From Selaginella moellendorffii (Eukaryota > Plantae > Lycopodiophyta): a stretch of DNA of 64,000 nucleotides. The notes under the pieces were generated by a model. It saw only the letters and a list, made by a program, of their open reading frames with translations, had not been told where the DNA came from and ran no database searches. The position numbers and the translations under genes were made by a program. The stretch is taken from the NCBI RefSeq assembly GCF_000143415.4, contig NW_003314281.1:1220481-1284480 (forward strand). The letters are read 5' to 3'. Positions 12,916 to 25,000 of this stretch are shown here, piece by piece; within the stretch, counting starts at the first letter, position 1; each line of letters opens with the position of its first letter.

Positions 12916-13753
12916 GAGATGAATAGCGCGCCCTAGTTGGAATAGAAAGAAATCTCTCACCTCTTTGCTTGCTCACCTGCCAAAACCCTAAAACCCTAAT
13001 CTAGATTTCTTAGATGGAAGTTTGATTTATTCTTTGGAGGGAAAATCTTCTGTCATGAGAGCTCCAAAAAGAAAAAAGAATTTCCAGGAGAAGATTCCAA
13101 TAATTTCCCAAGAGAAGACAAACACGCGGCAGCCCTTGTGCCTGGTACGTCCTTGACAATGCTTCTTTCTTCATTAAATTTCACTGTTCTTCGTTATTGC
13201 CGTGGTGGCATATGCATTGTAACGCCTGGAGCCAAAAAACCATTTCTCTGCGCTGCGCTCCATCGTCCAACCAGCAAACCTACTGTCAGCGACACGATAG
13301 CGGCGAGAAGACCAAACCATTTGTCTTGAGCTCCATATCATCAAATAACGTGTTGACGTTGTGGCCTTGGATTTGATAAAGACGGTGTCCACAATCTTTC
13401 ACCTGCAAGGACGAAAGGGAGGAAAAAAAAAAAAAGAAGGAGAAACTGAGCCGCTCGTCCCTTTAAAGCTGACGAACGAGAAGAAATACTTGCGGCTCAA
13501 GTACTTTCAATGTGGATAAGTTCCAAACTGTGGACCGCCATTTTTCCTGTACAATTTTGTCATTTTCATCAGAAACCATCGGTGTTTTTTCGCTGAAAAA
13601 TCAAACTTTGTGTCATAGTAGCGTTTTTTTACCATCCTCAAGCGTCTCACGAAGCTTGCTCTTCAAAAATCACATCTCGAGTACACTCGAGTGCTTGTAT
13701 GATTAGTCGCTTAGATTTAGTATACAAACACCAAGAAAAAATGAAGAATTGTG

Positions 13754-15673
13754 TCAACCTGTCAAAGCTTGCGAGGCATCCTTCACAGCTTGAATTGTCG
13801 ATTTAACCATCTGCTTCCTGCAGCGCTCAAAAATGCTATCGTACAAAACGTCAAAATGAACGCCGGCACGCTCGCGATCGATTATAAAAAAGATGTGGTC
13901 TGCTTCCAAAACTGTGTAGTACCTGTGAGAAGTCATCCAATTAAACATAGACAAGAAGAGAAACTTCACGGCCAGCTTACCAGAGACCTCGTTTTAATGG
14001 TTGATCGCCCTGCAAAGAATCCAACAAAGAATTTGGATGGCTGAATGGAAATCTCGGATAAAGCTGTGATATCGTGTTCAATGCCCCATCGTTGTCTTGC
14101 CAATCGGCATCTCTGGAAACAAACGCGTAAGAAAACGAAAGCCAGAAAAAAATTACTTTTCTACAAAAACTTATACCTGTATCCGGAAAATGGAAGCGAA
14201 AGATGGCCGGGATGACGCCACAAACACATCTCCAAGGTTCGCAAAAGGAGCAAAGGATGGATCCCGCGTAAACTCGACGGTATTGTTTTGCCACAGACTT
14301 TCATTGTTCTCTGCGTTGCATAACTGCAAAGAAACATCAGTATAAGGTACACAGAAACTACGAGCAAACCTTATATAGTACGTATTGGGATGAGTCTTTA
14401 GCTTCCGGTTAATTCGTGCTGCCGCTTGAAGGCTCAAGTCTGGCAGTATCCAGTCTCCGGTAGCAAAAGGACCAGAGTAACCAGCAATGGACGAAGCCAG
14501 ACCGATCAATCCAGCTTTCTGCCACTGGAGATTGTAGTGATCAAAACCAAAACTATAGTAGTTCTTAAGGTAGCTTATGTCCAGCCACTCGTAGACGAGA
14601 GCACCCACACGCAATAGCTGCAAAAGGCAGAGAGGTTTTAAGGTGCAACCATCCTCTGGTCTGGTGTTACGGAGCAACACAAGCATTAGACGAGGATGGT
14701 TTGTGAGCAACGTTGTTCTTACTGGATTCCATCGATGTAAACTCGAGTTGTTCCATTGAGAGCGCCGGACAAGGCTGTGATGCTAAGCACCCAGTCCGCG
14801 GATGCATTTTCGTAGCCAGGAAATTCCTGTAGAGAGGAGCAATATGACTTTTTCTAGAGGAAGGAAACGAAAGAAAAGCCGAATACGCACCTTGTTTGCA
14901 AGCATTTCCTGCAAGACTCGTGCCACTTGAGCTCCGGAGGAATGGCCAACAAAATGCACTGGTCGATGTTCATCCCACTCCGGAAAATGCCCTGCCAGAA
15001 TTCCCTGCGATTTTTAGTTCTTCTTTTTCTTACAGCTCGCAAGCTACCTTGCTCAAACGTCCTTCCAAATCGTGCGTGCCCATACTCGGAGCTATGACTA
15101 GCACCATAATCAACAGTTCCTCCTTTTAAAAAGTAGAACAGCTCACAAGCACTGCTCACAAAAAAGAATAAGAAAACAAGAACTTAGAGAAACTATGCCA
15201 AATTCGAGGAAAGGAAAGGCTGGAAAGAAGAAAACCGGTCGTGAATACTTGTCAAGGAGCCGAGATCCGGCACAAGAACTCGTCCATATTTCTTCTCAGC
15301 GCCAGCCCAATATGAAATTGTTCCCAGCTTCTATTCAATCCAGAATCGACAATATAAAGCAAACATAAAAAAAAAAAAAACAAACACTCACCCCTTTCCC
15401 AAATCCAAAGATCCCGTGAAGCAAGACAACAGGCGTGACATCCGATCCATCACGGGTGTCGGTGGTGGCAATGCCCCCGTCAATTGAAGTTGCGACACTC
15501 GGATTCACGGCTTCGGATGCCACAGTAAATGCTGAGTCGATCGATCGGCCACTCAATAGATCTGCAAGGACTGCTGATCCAAATATCACAAGCCCATAAG
15601 CTAGATGCACAGCAGAACTCACAAATAGCTCTGCAAAGAGCAAGAAATGCCACAAGAATTTCTCTCCAGCCAT
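13754..15673 (-). CDS. Alpha/beta-hydrolase lipase, multi-exon
   Basis: PVVLLHGIFGFG, ACELFYFLKGGTVDYG, nucleophile motif HFVGHSSG, NDGALNTISQ, EADHIFFI. The 3' end is tentative. Confidence 0.85.
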
Positions 15674-15925
15674 CGAAATCCAGAGGAAGCCAGAGATGGA
15701 TTGATTGTGCTTGAAACCCTAACCATTCAATCATCCAACCCACAAATCCCCACAATGGAATGCCCGCTCAAAACTTGAACCTCTCGAGGATTTAACAGAT
15801 TCTGTTAAATTGACGATCTCTCGGAAAACTATTTTAGGTTATACCCAGAACCTTTTTTATCCTTTTTCTAGCTTATATAGCTTGGAGCTCTAAGAGGTTG
15901 TTTTAGGGTATAGAAGATTGGAGCT

Positions 15926-16678
15926 ATGGCAGCCAAGGTTTTAGACGCTGGGGAGTTCCCAGTGTTGAGCACGATGAGCAATGCTGCTGTGACAAGGCAG
16001 CAAAGCATTTGGGAGAAGATCTCCTCTGAGGTAAAGGCACAGCCCACGATTGTCAAGTCCAACCATCTAGATGTTGGATCCAAGGTTTTGGGATCAAAGG
16101 TTTTGGAATCGAAGGTCACTGGGACGTCTGGCTATGCTCCAAGATCAAGCTCTAGGAAGGGCAAGGCATCCAAGGTGGTGGAAGATGACGATGAATTAGA
16201 GAGGCCTCTCCGAGCTATCAAACGAGATATCGAGTTGGCTCTCCATGACGAGGATGGTTTCCAAAAGCCCGTGAGGAAAGCTAGCAAGGAATTTCAAAAC
16301 TCTGGGAGTGAGAAGTCCAAGGGAAAGGGTGTCCAGATCGCGGTGAATAGCTGGGAAGTCTTGGATTTGGAATGTGAAAAGGCTCTTGAACAAGATGGTG
16401 AAGAAGCGAAGAAGAAGAAGAACAAGAACAAGAATCGGCGAAGAAACAAGAAAAAACAAGATGAAACTTCGATTTCGGGTGATTCTTTGGCCATGGAAAA
16501 TGAGGATGAGGCTTTGATTCTAGATGAGTTTCCCGAGAGAAATCACAATGAATCAGCTCATCCTTCCAATCCAACTCCTGTGTTGGAGGTGAAAGAAGCA
16601 GAAACTCCAGCTCCAGCTCTTGGGATTATTTCAAAGATTGCAAGATTCATAATCTTTTTCTTCTCACTACACAAGTAA
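15926..16678 (+). CDS. Uncharacterised Lys/Glu-rich protein
   Basis: 250-aa ATG-initiated ORF with a basic patch KKKKNKNKNRRRNKKK. No recognisable domain. Confidence 0.5.
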   Translation: MAAKVLDAGEFPVLSTMSNAAVTRQQSIWEKISSEVKAQPTIVKSNHLDVGSKVLGSKVLESKVTGTSGYAPRSSSRKGKASKVVEDDDELERPLRAIKRDIELALHDEDGFQKPVRKASKEFQNSGSEKSKGKGVQIAVNSWEVLDLECEKALEQDGEEAKKKKNKNKNRRRNKKKQDETSISGDSLAMENEDEALILDEFPERNHNESAHPSNPTPVLEVKEAETPAPALGIISKIARFIIFFFSLHK

Positions 16679-16700
16679 ATCATAATTCTGTCTTAAGGTT

Positions 16701-18590
16701 TTAAGTATCATTGCATCTCTGAAGTATTTCTGATAATGGCTTCCTGCAATCAAACTCAAACATTAGGTCGATTAGACCTTTGTGCAAATCTATGCTGGCA
16801 TCTCTATATCTTTCAGTCTCTTTCTCCAAAGTTCCAGGCCTCTTCCCTTCGATGTATCTCTCAAGACAAATCTCATGAAAAGGCATCCATTTCTTAGTCA
16901 CAGGCAAGAACAAAGGTGGCAGCACTTGGCACGAATGCCGGAATGGAATCCCCACGATCTCGTCGGGGAGAGGCTTGATCCTCCTGGCATACTCGAAAAC
17001 TCCCTTCTTTCCCTTGATCTTCCAGCTGAGATCATCGCCGCCAAGCTTGTAGACGGGCGCTCTCCTCTGGAGCCGGTGCTTGGAAGCGTACATGATCGCC
17101 AGGGACGATCGCAGGACAAACGTCAGGAACACCGTGATCTTCTTGCGGTTGATCGCCAGGCGATAGAAGCCGGCCAGGAGATGGAGGAGATCCGAGACCT
17201 GGAGGTTGGCGTCCTCCTGGCGCGCCTTGAGCAGCCGCAAGCACGGATGGATCTTCATCCTCTGCCCGGCCGGGAGCTCCAGGATCTTCAATCGCGCCAG
17301 GCTCTCCACGCAGTGCTTCATGCTGGCCACCAGCCGGATCTTCTGCTTGCTCACCTCCCGCGAGTTCTCGCGGCTCCGAGGAATTCGATGCTCGAGAGCC
17401 GCGTCGGCGCTGGCCTGGATCGTGTGAGCCAGGAATGGGACCTTTTGCGAGAGGTGGAAGATCTCCGGGAAGAGCTCGAGCTTGAGCTTGTCACGGCAAA
17501 ACTCGCGGAGCTTGGCCTCCATCGCGACGATCTCCTCGTCGGCGCCTTTAATCCCCAGGAGGAAATGCCCGGCGTAGCGAACGTACTCCATCACCTGGCC
17601 CTGCCCCTGCGCGGCGTCGAATTCCTCGATCTCGCGCTCCACGAATCGATCGAGCTCGTCCAGGACGATGTTGAGCAGCAGGGGGCTCAAGATCTTGCAG
17701 CTTCCCCAGTGTGGCGAGTTCTTCCCCTCGATCGGTCCCATGGCGAGGAAGCACTTGAGCCAGAATGGTCGATTCTTCTCCCTCGTCAGGCGATGGATCT
17801 CTTGCTCCATCACTCGCCACTTCTTCTTCTTGGAGAGGAAGTACTCCTCCGGGACGATGGTGTCTCTCGTCTCCACCGAGAGGCCATCCCTGACGAGCTT
17901 GACGATCAACTCGTCCTGGACGACGCGAGAGAAGATCTCCATCGCCACCTCCAGCTCCAGGCTCTCGAGGATCGACGTCTTGGCGGTGATGAACCACGTA
18001 CACTCTTGGAAGCTGCCCGTGATGTACTTGAGCGCTGTCATCGCTGTTCTTCCGGGCCGAAACGCGAAGGATCGATGCGAGAACCGCGCCTCAAACACCG
18101 GCTCCAAGATCATGAGAAGAACTTCCTGGACTACCCGATCCTGGAGCTCGGGAAGCTTGGTCGGGGAGAGGAACGCTGGAGTGAGATAGAGCGTGCCGGT
18201 GCCGCCCCAATCGTATCGCTGCGAGAGCACCGCTTCGCGCAGTGGATCCAGCTGCGCGGCCAGCTTGGGATGGAGGGGGCGATTCTTGGGGACGAAGAAA
18301 TCCAGCGCCCGGCACGATCTCCAGTAGGCCATCTCCCACAAGACCTTGCTCTCCATGGCGCTGGACGCGTTCTTGAGGATCGAGTGCCTGTCCTGGAAGC
18401 CCTGGATCCAGTGCTCACCGCATAGCCGTGCGCAATCGCTCGCCCATCCGCCATCTTTGCCCTGAGAATGATCGATCCAGCGATGGCGGGATTGACGCGC
18501 ATACCTGCGGCACTGGAATGGAGGTGCGAAAGCTCGATTCGTTGGCCGCATTCCGGGGTCTGGCTGGAAGTGCTTAAGCCCTAGAAACAT
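16701..18590 (-). CDS. Nuclear-encoded group II intron maturase, nMAT1/nMAT2 type
   Basis: RT-domain motifs QDRVVQEVLLMILEPVFEARFS, FAFRPGR, ILSPLLLNIVLDELD, YVRYAGHFLLG (degenerate YADD), then an X-domain-like region (RSSLAIMYASKHRL). Intronless. Confidence 0.9.
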   Translation of the reverse strand: MFLGLKHFQPDPGMRPTNRAFAPPFQCRRYARQSRHRWIDHSQGKDGGWASDCARLCGEHWIQGFQDRHSILKNASSAMESKVLWEMAYWRSCRALDFFVPKNRPLHPKLAAQLDPLREAVLSQRYDWGGTGTLYLTPAFLSPTKLPELQDRVVQEVLLMILEPVFEARFSHRSFAFRPGRTAMTALKYITGSFQECTWFITAKTSILESLELEVAMEIFSRVVQDELIVKLVRDGLSVETRDTIVPEEYFLSKKKKWRVMEQEIHRLTREKNRPFWLKCFLAMGPIEGKNSPHWGSCKILSPLLLNIVLDELDRFVEREIEEFDAAQGQGQVMEYVRYAGHFLLGIKGADEEIVAMEAKLREFCRDKLKLELFPEIFHLSQKVPFLAHTIQASADAALEHRIPRSRENSREVSKQKIRLVASMKHCVESLARLKILELPAGQRMKIHPCLRLLKARQEDANLQVSDLLHLLAGFYRLAINRKKITVFLTFVLRSSLAIMYASKHRLQRRAPVYKLGGDDLSWKIKGKKGVFEYARRIKPLPDEIVGIPFRHSCQVLPPLFLPVTKKWMPFHEICLERYIEGKRPGTLEKETERYRDASIDLHKGLIDLMFEFDCRKPLSEILQRCNDT

Positions 18591-18645
18591 TTAGACAGAA
18601 GAAAATATATCAGATAGTAAGAGTCTGCAGAAGCTTGCATAGCTT

Positions 18646-18727
18646 GTCGCTTTGGCCGAGTGGTTAAGGCGTGTGCCTGCTAAGTACATGGGGTTTCCCC
18701 GCGAGAGTTCGAATCTCTCAGGCGACG
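18646..18727 (+). tRNA. tRNA-Ser(GCU)
   Basis: 82 nt. A box TGGCCGAGTGG, anticodon loop CT-GCT-AA, long variable arm GGGGTTTCCCC, GTTCGAATC, then T-runs (Pol III terminator). Confidence 0.95.
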
Positions 18728-19207
18728 AGTTCTTTTTATTCTTTTTTGAGCAAAATATTATGCTTGGATATTCTAAAATATCTTACCATCTAACAATTGT
18801 TATTTATTTAGATTAATTTTGTATGTATAATTTATAAACATGTTATAAACTTTTAAAACCGTTTTAGTATATTCTTTTTTATTCTACCATCTAATGCAAT
18901 AAAATTAATCAATTACAAACATGCTTATATTTGATCAATTGGATTCATAAGTAAGAATAACACTGCTACTATTTTCTGTTGCTAAACACGATGCATGCAA
19001 AGCTCAATAATATTCGAGAGATTTTTGCCTCAAAAAATGAATAATAATCAAGATTTACAAAATTGGCAGGCTTTCTTAGCAGAAAATCGCTTCCCTGGAA
19101 CAAAAACACTGCGTGTAAGTTAACACCATAGAACGATTTTCGTCATACCTTCGCGGATAAGTTTACATTCGCTCCTTGCAGCAAATTCTTCCAGGAGGGA
19201 TTTCGTC

Positions 19208-20215
19208 CTATCGTACTTTTACAGTGGCAGCAGCCGCTGCAGTAGCGGAAGGAACCGCGGCCACAGCATCCGGATTTGGAGAGCTCTTGTGCTGCGAAAA
19301 AAAAGAGAGAAGAATCAATCGATACGCTGAGCAAAGAACTAAGGATTTCTCCGTGAATACCTTCTTCTTTTTGTGCTTGTGACCATCGCCTTCCTCCTCT
19401 TCACCCTCATGCCGTCGCTTCTAAGATCATCCACTTTGTAGTTACATACCACAAAGAAGAGAAGAGCTAGCCGAGAGTTACCTTCTTCTTATGCTTCCTT
19501 TTTTCTTCGCCATTCTCTCCCTTTGCATCTTTGTCCCTGTGCTTCTCCTTACGCTTCTCCTTGTCCTTCTCTTTGTCTTTGTCCTTGTGCTTGTGTTTAT
19601 CCTTGTGCTTGTGTTTCTTGTGCTTCCTTCTCTCCTCATCTTTCGTCTTTCCAATCGTTGGTTGCCCTCGATCGGCCTGGCCGAGCCACACATTCAGCCA
19701 AGAACACAAAGAAAGAACTCTAAAACTTACTTCTGGCAGAGAAATTGGCCCACTTTCTCGAAACGTGAAACATCGTCTCAGCGTCTCCAGATCAAAAGGA
19801 CGGATGTCCACCGGGAAACCGTCGCTGGGCGATGGTCTGAGCAATTGCCCAAGCTCCATCCCATCGCCTTTGCGAATTTCCATGTCTCCGACCACGTCCC
19901 GGAGGTACTTGGACTCGGCAATTGACGCTGGGAAGGATTTCTTCGTGTATGTCTCGTAGTGCTCGCGGAGGCCATAGTGCGTGATCAAATCCACAGCACC
20001 GGTCAGCTCTCGCGGTCCTACAGTAGAGCAAAAGAGCGTAAGCAAAGGATCGCGCTCACGCTCTCGTACAAAAACCCTAGAGAAGGAGAGAGGAAGAATC
20101 ACTGACTTGGTCCGGGTTTGAGAAGCTTGAATGCTCCACTGCCGCCTTCATTGCTACTGCTCACTGCTCCAGCGGCGATCCCAGCAGCTCCAGCGCCTCC
20201 GGAAGCCATCGCCAT
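19208..20215 (-). CDS. MED19: Mediator subunit 19
   Basis: GPRELTGAVDLITHYGL...YLRDVVGDMEIRKGDGMELGQL plus a KH/KD-rich C-terminus. Five exons with GT-AG introns. Confidence 0.9.
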
Positions 20216-20272
20216 ATCTCCGACTAGTGTTAGCCCTAGAATAAGGGGAAATTTCTAGGGTTTATCGAGGAG

Positions 20273-21701
20273 ATGCCCAAGAGAAGAAGGCGATCGAACG
20301 TTTTCTCGATTGCGCAGGCTGGAGAGGTTGATCGATTGCAGGAGGTAAAGGAGCAGCATTGTGACGAAGTAGAGCGAGTGCTTGAAACCGCCGGCGCCGC
20401 CCCTGTGGATGCCGGCGAAAATGGGACGCCATCGCGAAAAGAATCCTCTTCCAGCAAGAGATCTGCCAAAGCAATCTCTGATGTCCGTGTGGTCGATGAG
20501 CAAGTAAGCCGGGATATTTCCTCCTGCATTCTGGATCTCTCTTGATAAATCTCCTCTTTTCTTCTTTTCTTTCCAGGAATTGCGAGCGGCTTTGGCACAG
20601 CTCGTTCCAAAGCACCAGGTGGAGCAAGCACGCCTTCTCGACTCCTACAAAGAATCTTATCCACACTGGTTCTTTCAGCTGAAGTTGCTAGTTATGTTTC
20701 TGGATGAGATTCTTCTCTAACTCTTTCGTTTTCCTAGATGCGGTTTTGGACTTTTGATGTATGGATTTGGATCCAAGAGGCAGCTTCTTGAGGATTTTGG
20801 ATCCACAGCATTGACTGATGGTGCTGCTGTTGTGGTAAATGGCTTCCTTCCAACGATTAACTTCAAACAGGTAGCTTCTTTCCAGAGCTTATCAAGACTT
20901 CGCAGCAAATCTTTGCCAGGTTTTGCGTACTTTGAAGCAAAGTTTGTATGGAAGCTCGGGCACGACGAGTGCCACAAGCGTGGAAGACATGGTGGCCTTA
21001 CTCTCTGGCTATCAGGGTGACTCGATCGTTTATATCATCGTTCACAGCATCGATGGTCCTGGTCTGAGAGATGGCGCTACGCAGCAGCAGCTTGCCAAGC
21101 TAGCTTCGTGCTCGCATTTCCGGATAGTTTCTTCCATCGACAGCATCAATGGTCCATTATGTAAGTGAAATCTTTTCCTCCTTTTGGTTTTCATGCAACG
21201 TTGTGTTTGTTCTTTGTCCAGTGTGGGATAAACGCATGGCGAACACGCAGTTCAATTGGTGGTGGCATCACACCCCGACTTACGCTGCTTACGATGCCGA
21301 GGCCTCTCACGTTCCGCTACTGCTTTCTTCCCTCGGGACCAGCAAGAGCGTCCGCAGTGCACTGCTTGTTTTACAAAGCTTGACAACGAATGCTCAGAGC
21401 GTCTTCAAGGTTCTAGCCGACCACCAGCTCGCAAACCCGGAGGACGAAGGTGAGCTCTTTGTCTAGTATTCTCGTCCTGATGGCGTTTAGGAAACCAGGA
21501 ATGTCGCAGTACCAGCTCTACAACAAATGCAGGGAGCGTTTCCTGGTGAGCAGCGAGCTGACACTCCGAGCTCACCTCACGGAGTTCCGAGACCACCAGC
21601 TCGTTCGCTGGAAGAAAGGCTCAAACGGACAGGAGTGCTTGCAGATCACTCTATCAAACGATGCTCTAGCGAAGATGCTGGAAAATCTGTGTCCGAGCTA
21701 G
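20273..21701 (+). CDS. ORC2: Origin recognition complex subunit 2
   Basis: [66 protein letters not shown]. Multi-exon. Confidence 0.93.
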
Positions 21702-21821
21702 CACAGCCAGCAAAAACCATCGATCCAGCTTCATCTTTCCCGGGGATCCGGTAAGTCATCTCCTTTAGAGCGCTCCTTTGTGATTTTGCTTATCAACAGG
21801 GAAAGACCACTGCCACGGGAC

Positions 21822-21850
21822 GCCGTTGGATACGGCATCTATCCAACGGC
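21822..21850. promoter_or_regulatory. Inverted pair of MSA-like (TCCAACGG) elements
   Basis: GCCGTTGGATA-N7-TATCCAACGGC, a perfect 11-bp inverted repeat ~400 bp upstream of the DAZ1-like ATG. Confidence 0.45.
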
Positions 21851-22250
21851 CCACGACTGTTCTCATTTTTTTTAACGAACTGTGGGGAAGAGGCGCGCAT
21901 GCTGGTCCTCGAAGAAACGGCGCAACCGCTAGCTAGCTGCTGCCAAAAGCAAAAGAAAAAGAGAAAAAAAGAGTCCTGCGAAACCAGCAGCAGCCTACAC
22001 TGGAAGATCCAGCTCGCCGAATCGAAGCTCCAGCTTTGAGCTCAGGAGAAATCGAGGTGAGTGGAAAGTCTCCTTCTCGAGCTTGCATTCGCCGGTACGC
22101 TGAGGAACTCACTCACTCACTCTACTCGCTTGCTTGTAGCTGCCGGGAGCTGAGCTCAATTCCCGGAGAGCTCATCGCGCTTGCCCTAGGGAGCTCCGGG
22201 ATTTGTTTCAGCTGAATTCGGTTGAGAAACGAAGGGAGCTGGACAAGTCG

Positions 22251-24857
22251 ATGATGGATTTCCTAAGCTTGGTGGAGGCCCCCCGGAGCCAGGCAGCTAG
22301 CATCAACGTTAGCAGCGATACCACCACCAACGAGAAGAACACGGATATGGAGGTGGAGATGGTCGTGGAGGAGGAAGAGGAGGAGGATAAGAGCAAGCTG
22401 GGAGCTCAGGTCAATGGCCAGTTTAGCGAGCTCGTCGATATAGACTTGCATTGCGACGAGGACCTCGGGAGTGATTGGTCACCTCCAGGGAACCGTCCTC
22501 CTCCGGCTCCTGTTCTTCCTCAGCTTCTTCAAGCCAAGCCGGCTCGATCAGTTGAGGACGACAGTAGCATCCAAGTGAAGGTGATCGAGGAAGTTGTGAT
22601 CACGAGCAGCAGCACCGTGAAGTCGTCCGGAGAAGGTGGAGGCGACAAAGATTGTCTTGTGGTGACGAAAGCGAGCTCGGACGAAGAGGTGAATGTCAAC
22701 AGCAGTAGCAACACGAGCGTGCAAGTGCAGCAAGTTGTCGTAAACTCTTCACAGAGCGCGGTAGTGGAAGATCACAGCAGCAGCAAGGAGCTGCAAAAGA
22801 AGGAGCATTCACTCTACGCTCTACGGAGGAACCCGAAGCGCAGCCGGAGATTTATAGACCAGGAGTATGCTCTCGACATCCTTCCAACTTCTGGGAGCTC
22901 GTCATTTCATCCAATCTCGTCGCCAGTAACTCCTGGCGGCGGCGGAGCAGGAGCAGTGGCGACTCCAAAGAAGAACTCCAGCGCCGCTACCGTCAACAAC
23001 GCAAACTCCAACTCTTCCATCTTTGCGGACAAAGCAAGAGCTTGTACCGAGTGTGGCAAGGAGTTCTCGTCGTGGAAGGCGCTGTTTGGACACATGAGGT
23101 GCCATCCAGAGCGAGAATGGCGGGGAATCCAGCGGCCTGACAATCTCTCCGACTACAAACTATCCAAGTCAGGAAGCGTTCGCAGAAATTCCAGCAAGAA
23201 GTCGAGGCAAGCACCGCCGCCAGCAGCAGCACCGTCGTCCTTCCTGCTCGACGATGATCCAGACGACGAGCTCGAAGCTCTCTATATCAAAGTCGTGCCT
23301 TCGGATAACGAGAGTGATACGGAGAGCATCGAGGCGGCGTATATCAATGGAAGCTGCAACAGCTCCGGAGGCTTTAGCAGCAAAGGGAAGATCATCACTG
23401 GGAAACGGTCCAAAAGACCGAGGCAGCCGCCAGCGGAGATCAAAGAGGAGCGAGACATGGCAAGGTGCTTGGTGATGCTCGCCTGCGCAGGACGAAAGTC
23501 GAACAGTAGCTTGGGATTTGAGGACGAAGATGAGGACGGAGAAGAAGAAGGAGCCGTGGAAGGTGGTCGAGAAGAACATCAGGCAGAACAACGAGAAGAA
23601 CACGAGGAAGACGATGGCGAAGAAGGCGCGGAGGAAGAAGACGATGAGGAAGAAGAAGAAGAGCTCGAGGACGAAGGAACTTCCACGACTAATAACAACG
23701 TAGTCGCGGACTCCACTGCCACGAACAACGCAGTAACTTCAACACCGGACAACGCAATGGTGGTGCATGAGAGGAACATCGTGAGGAACAGCAGCGTGGT
23801 GAACTTTGGATCGTCCAACGAGATGATTGAAGATTTGGAGGACCTGGAAGAGGTCGGGATCGACGAGTCCAGCTTGGTGTGCTCTGCTGCGGAGCTCCTG
23901 GACCACGACTTTGATGGGATCAGGATGAAGTACGAGTGCTCGACGTGCAAGAGGATCTTCAAGTCGCACCAGGCACTTGGGGGACACCGAGCGAGCCACA
24001 AGAAAGTTAAAGGATGCTTTGCAAAGACGAGCTTGAGCGGTGGCAGTGATGGAATCATCCAGCCGCAGCAACAGCAGCAGCTTCCATTCCAGCAGCAGCA
24101 GCAAGTGATCCTCCATCACCAAATTCATCAAGCTCATCAACTCCAAGCTCACCACCAAGCCTCCCAGCAGGAAAGTGCCGAGGAGGACATCACCGACGAG
24201 GAGTTCTTGAGGTCCGAGGAGCAACTTTTGCCGCTAGACTTCCACCACCATCACCACCATCACCACCACCACCACCACAACCACAGCCACAGCCACATCC
24301 ACCATCTCCCGCTGGCGAGCAGCTTTCGATTCAAGGACGAGTTTGGCTACAGCAGCAGGAAGATGAGCATCAAAGGCCACGAGTGCTCGATCTGTCACCG
24401 GGTTTTTACGTCGGGCCAAGCTCTCGGGGGACACAAGAGATGCCACTGGGGTGGGAGTGATCGTCCACTGTCGTCGGAGCCACCATCGCAGCAAGTACTA
24501 GCGGTAACTTCTTCGATTGTGGCGACGACGATCGGAGCTCCAGCATCGAGTTTATTGCCAGCTCCAGCTCTAGTAGCAGCGGTTGTAAATCCAGTTCCAA
24601 CTCTTCCAGCAGCGGCAGTGGCCCCTACTCCAGCAACAACAGCTTTAGTTCCGGCTCCTCCAGTTCCAGTTCCAGCGGTGATTCCAGCGATGATCCCAGC
24701 AGCAGCGACGGTTGGCCGAGAAGAATTCGCAGCTGCGAGGGAGGAGTTTTTGGATCTGAATTTGCCGGCGCTGGTGGAAGAGGAAGAAGAGTGTGAGGAC
24801 GAAGACGATGGCGAAGACGAGCTAGAAGATACTAGCTTTATCAGTGTTCCAAGATGA
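22251..24857 (+). CDS. Three-finger C2H2 zinc-finger EAR repressor, DAZ1/ZAT2-3-like
   Basis: [29 protein letters not shown], two QALGGH fingers, DLNLP EAR motif, with poly-E, poly-Q and poly-H tracts. Intronless. Confidence 0.88.
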   Translation: MMDFLSLVEAPRSQAASINVSSDTTTNEKNTDMEVEMVVEEEEEEDKSKLGAQVNGQFSELVDIDLHCDEDLGSDWSPPGNRPPPAPVLPQLLQAKPARSVEDDSSIQVKVIEEVVITSSSTVKSSGEGGGDKDCLVVTKASSDEEVNVNSSSNTSVQVQQVVVNSSQSAVVEDHSSSKELQKKEHSLYALRRNPKRSRRFIDQEYALDILPTSGSSSFHPISSPVTPGGGGAGAVATPKKNSSAATVNNANSNSSIFADKARACTECGKEFSSWKALFGHMRCHPEREWRGIQRPDNLSDYKLSKSGSVRRNSSKKSRQAPPPAAAPSSFLLDDDPDDELEALYIKVVPSDNESDTESIEAAYINGSCNSSGGFSSKGKIITGKRSKRPRQPPAEIKEERDMARCLVMLACAGRKSNSSLGFEDEDEDGEEEGAVEGGREEHQAEQREEHEEDDGEEGAEEEDDEEEEEELEDEGTSTTNNNVVADSTATNNAVTSTPDNAMVVHERNIVRNSSVVNFGSSNEMIEDLEDLEEVGIDESSLVCSAAELLDHDFDGIRMKYECSTCKRIFKSHQALGGHRASHKKVKGCFAKTSLSGGSDGIIQPQQQQQLPFQQQQQVILHHQIHQAHQLQAHHQASQQESAEEDITDEEFLRSEEQLLPLDFHHHHHHHHHHHHNHSHSHIHHLPLASSFRFKDEFGYSSRKMSIKGHECSICHRVFTSGQALGGHKRCHWGGSDRPLSSEPPSQQVLAVTSSIVATTIGAPASSLLPAPALVAAVVNPVPTLPAAAVAPTPATTALVPAPPVPVPAVIPAMIPAAATVGREEFAAAREEFLDLNLPALVEEEEECEDEDDGEDELEDTSFISVPR

Positions 24858-25000
24858 GATAGTTAAAGATATAATCCTGCTTGGATAAAATCGCTTATTT
24901 GGTTTAGGGCTTTAGTATCTAGGCGCGCATTTCTAGCGTCTTCGCGATCGGCAATCCAGGGTTCTTGCGATCAGAGCGGCGGCAGCAGCAGCGATTGGCA

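Noticed and set aside
13174-13750. Spliced-looking segments and a TM-like stretch downstream of the lipase stop
   Set aside because: Could not assemble a stop-free frame. May be 3' UTR introns; needs cDNA.
16782-18425. 547-aa antisense ORF over the maturase
   Set aside because: Shadow ORF expected from GC-rich codon usage on the opposite strand; no motifs.
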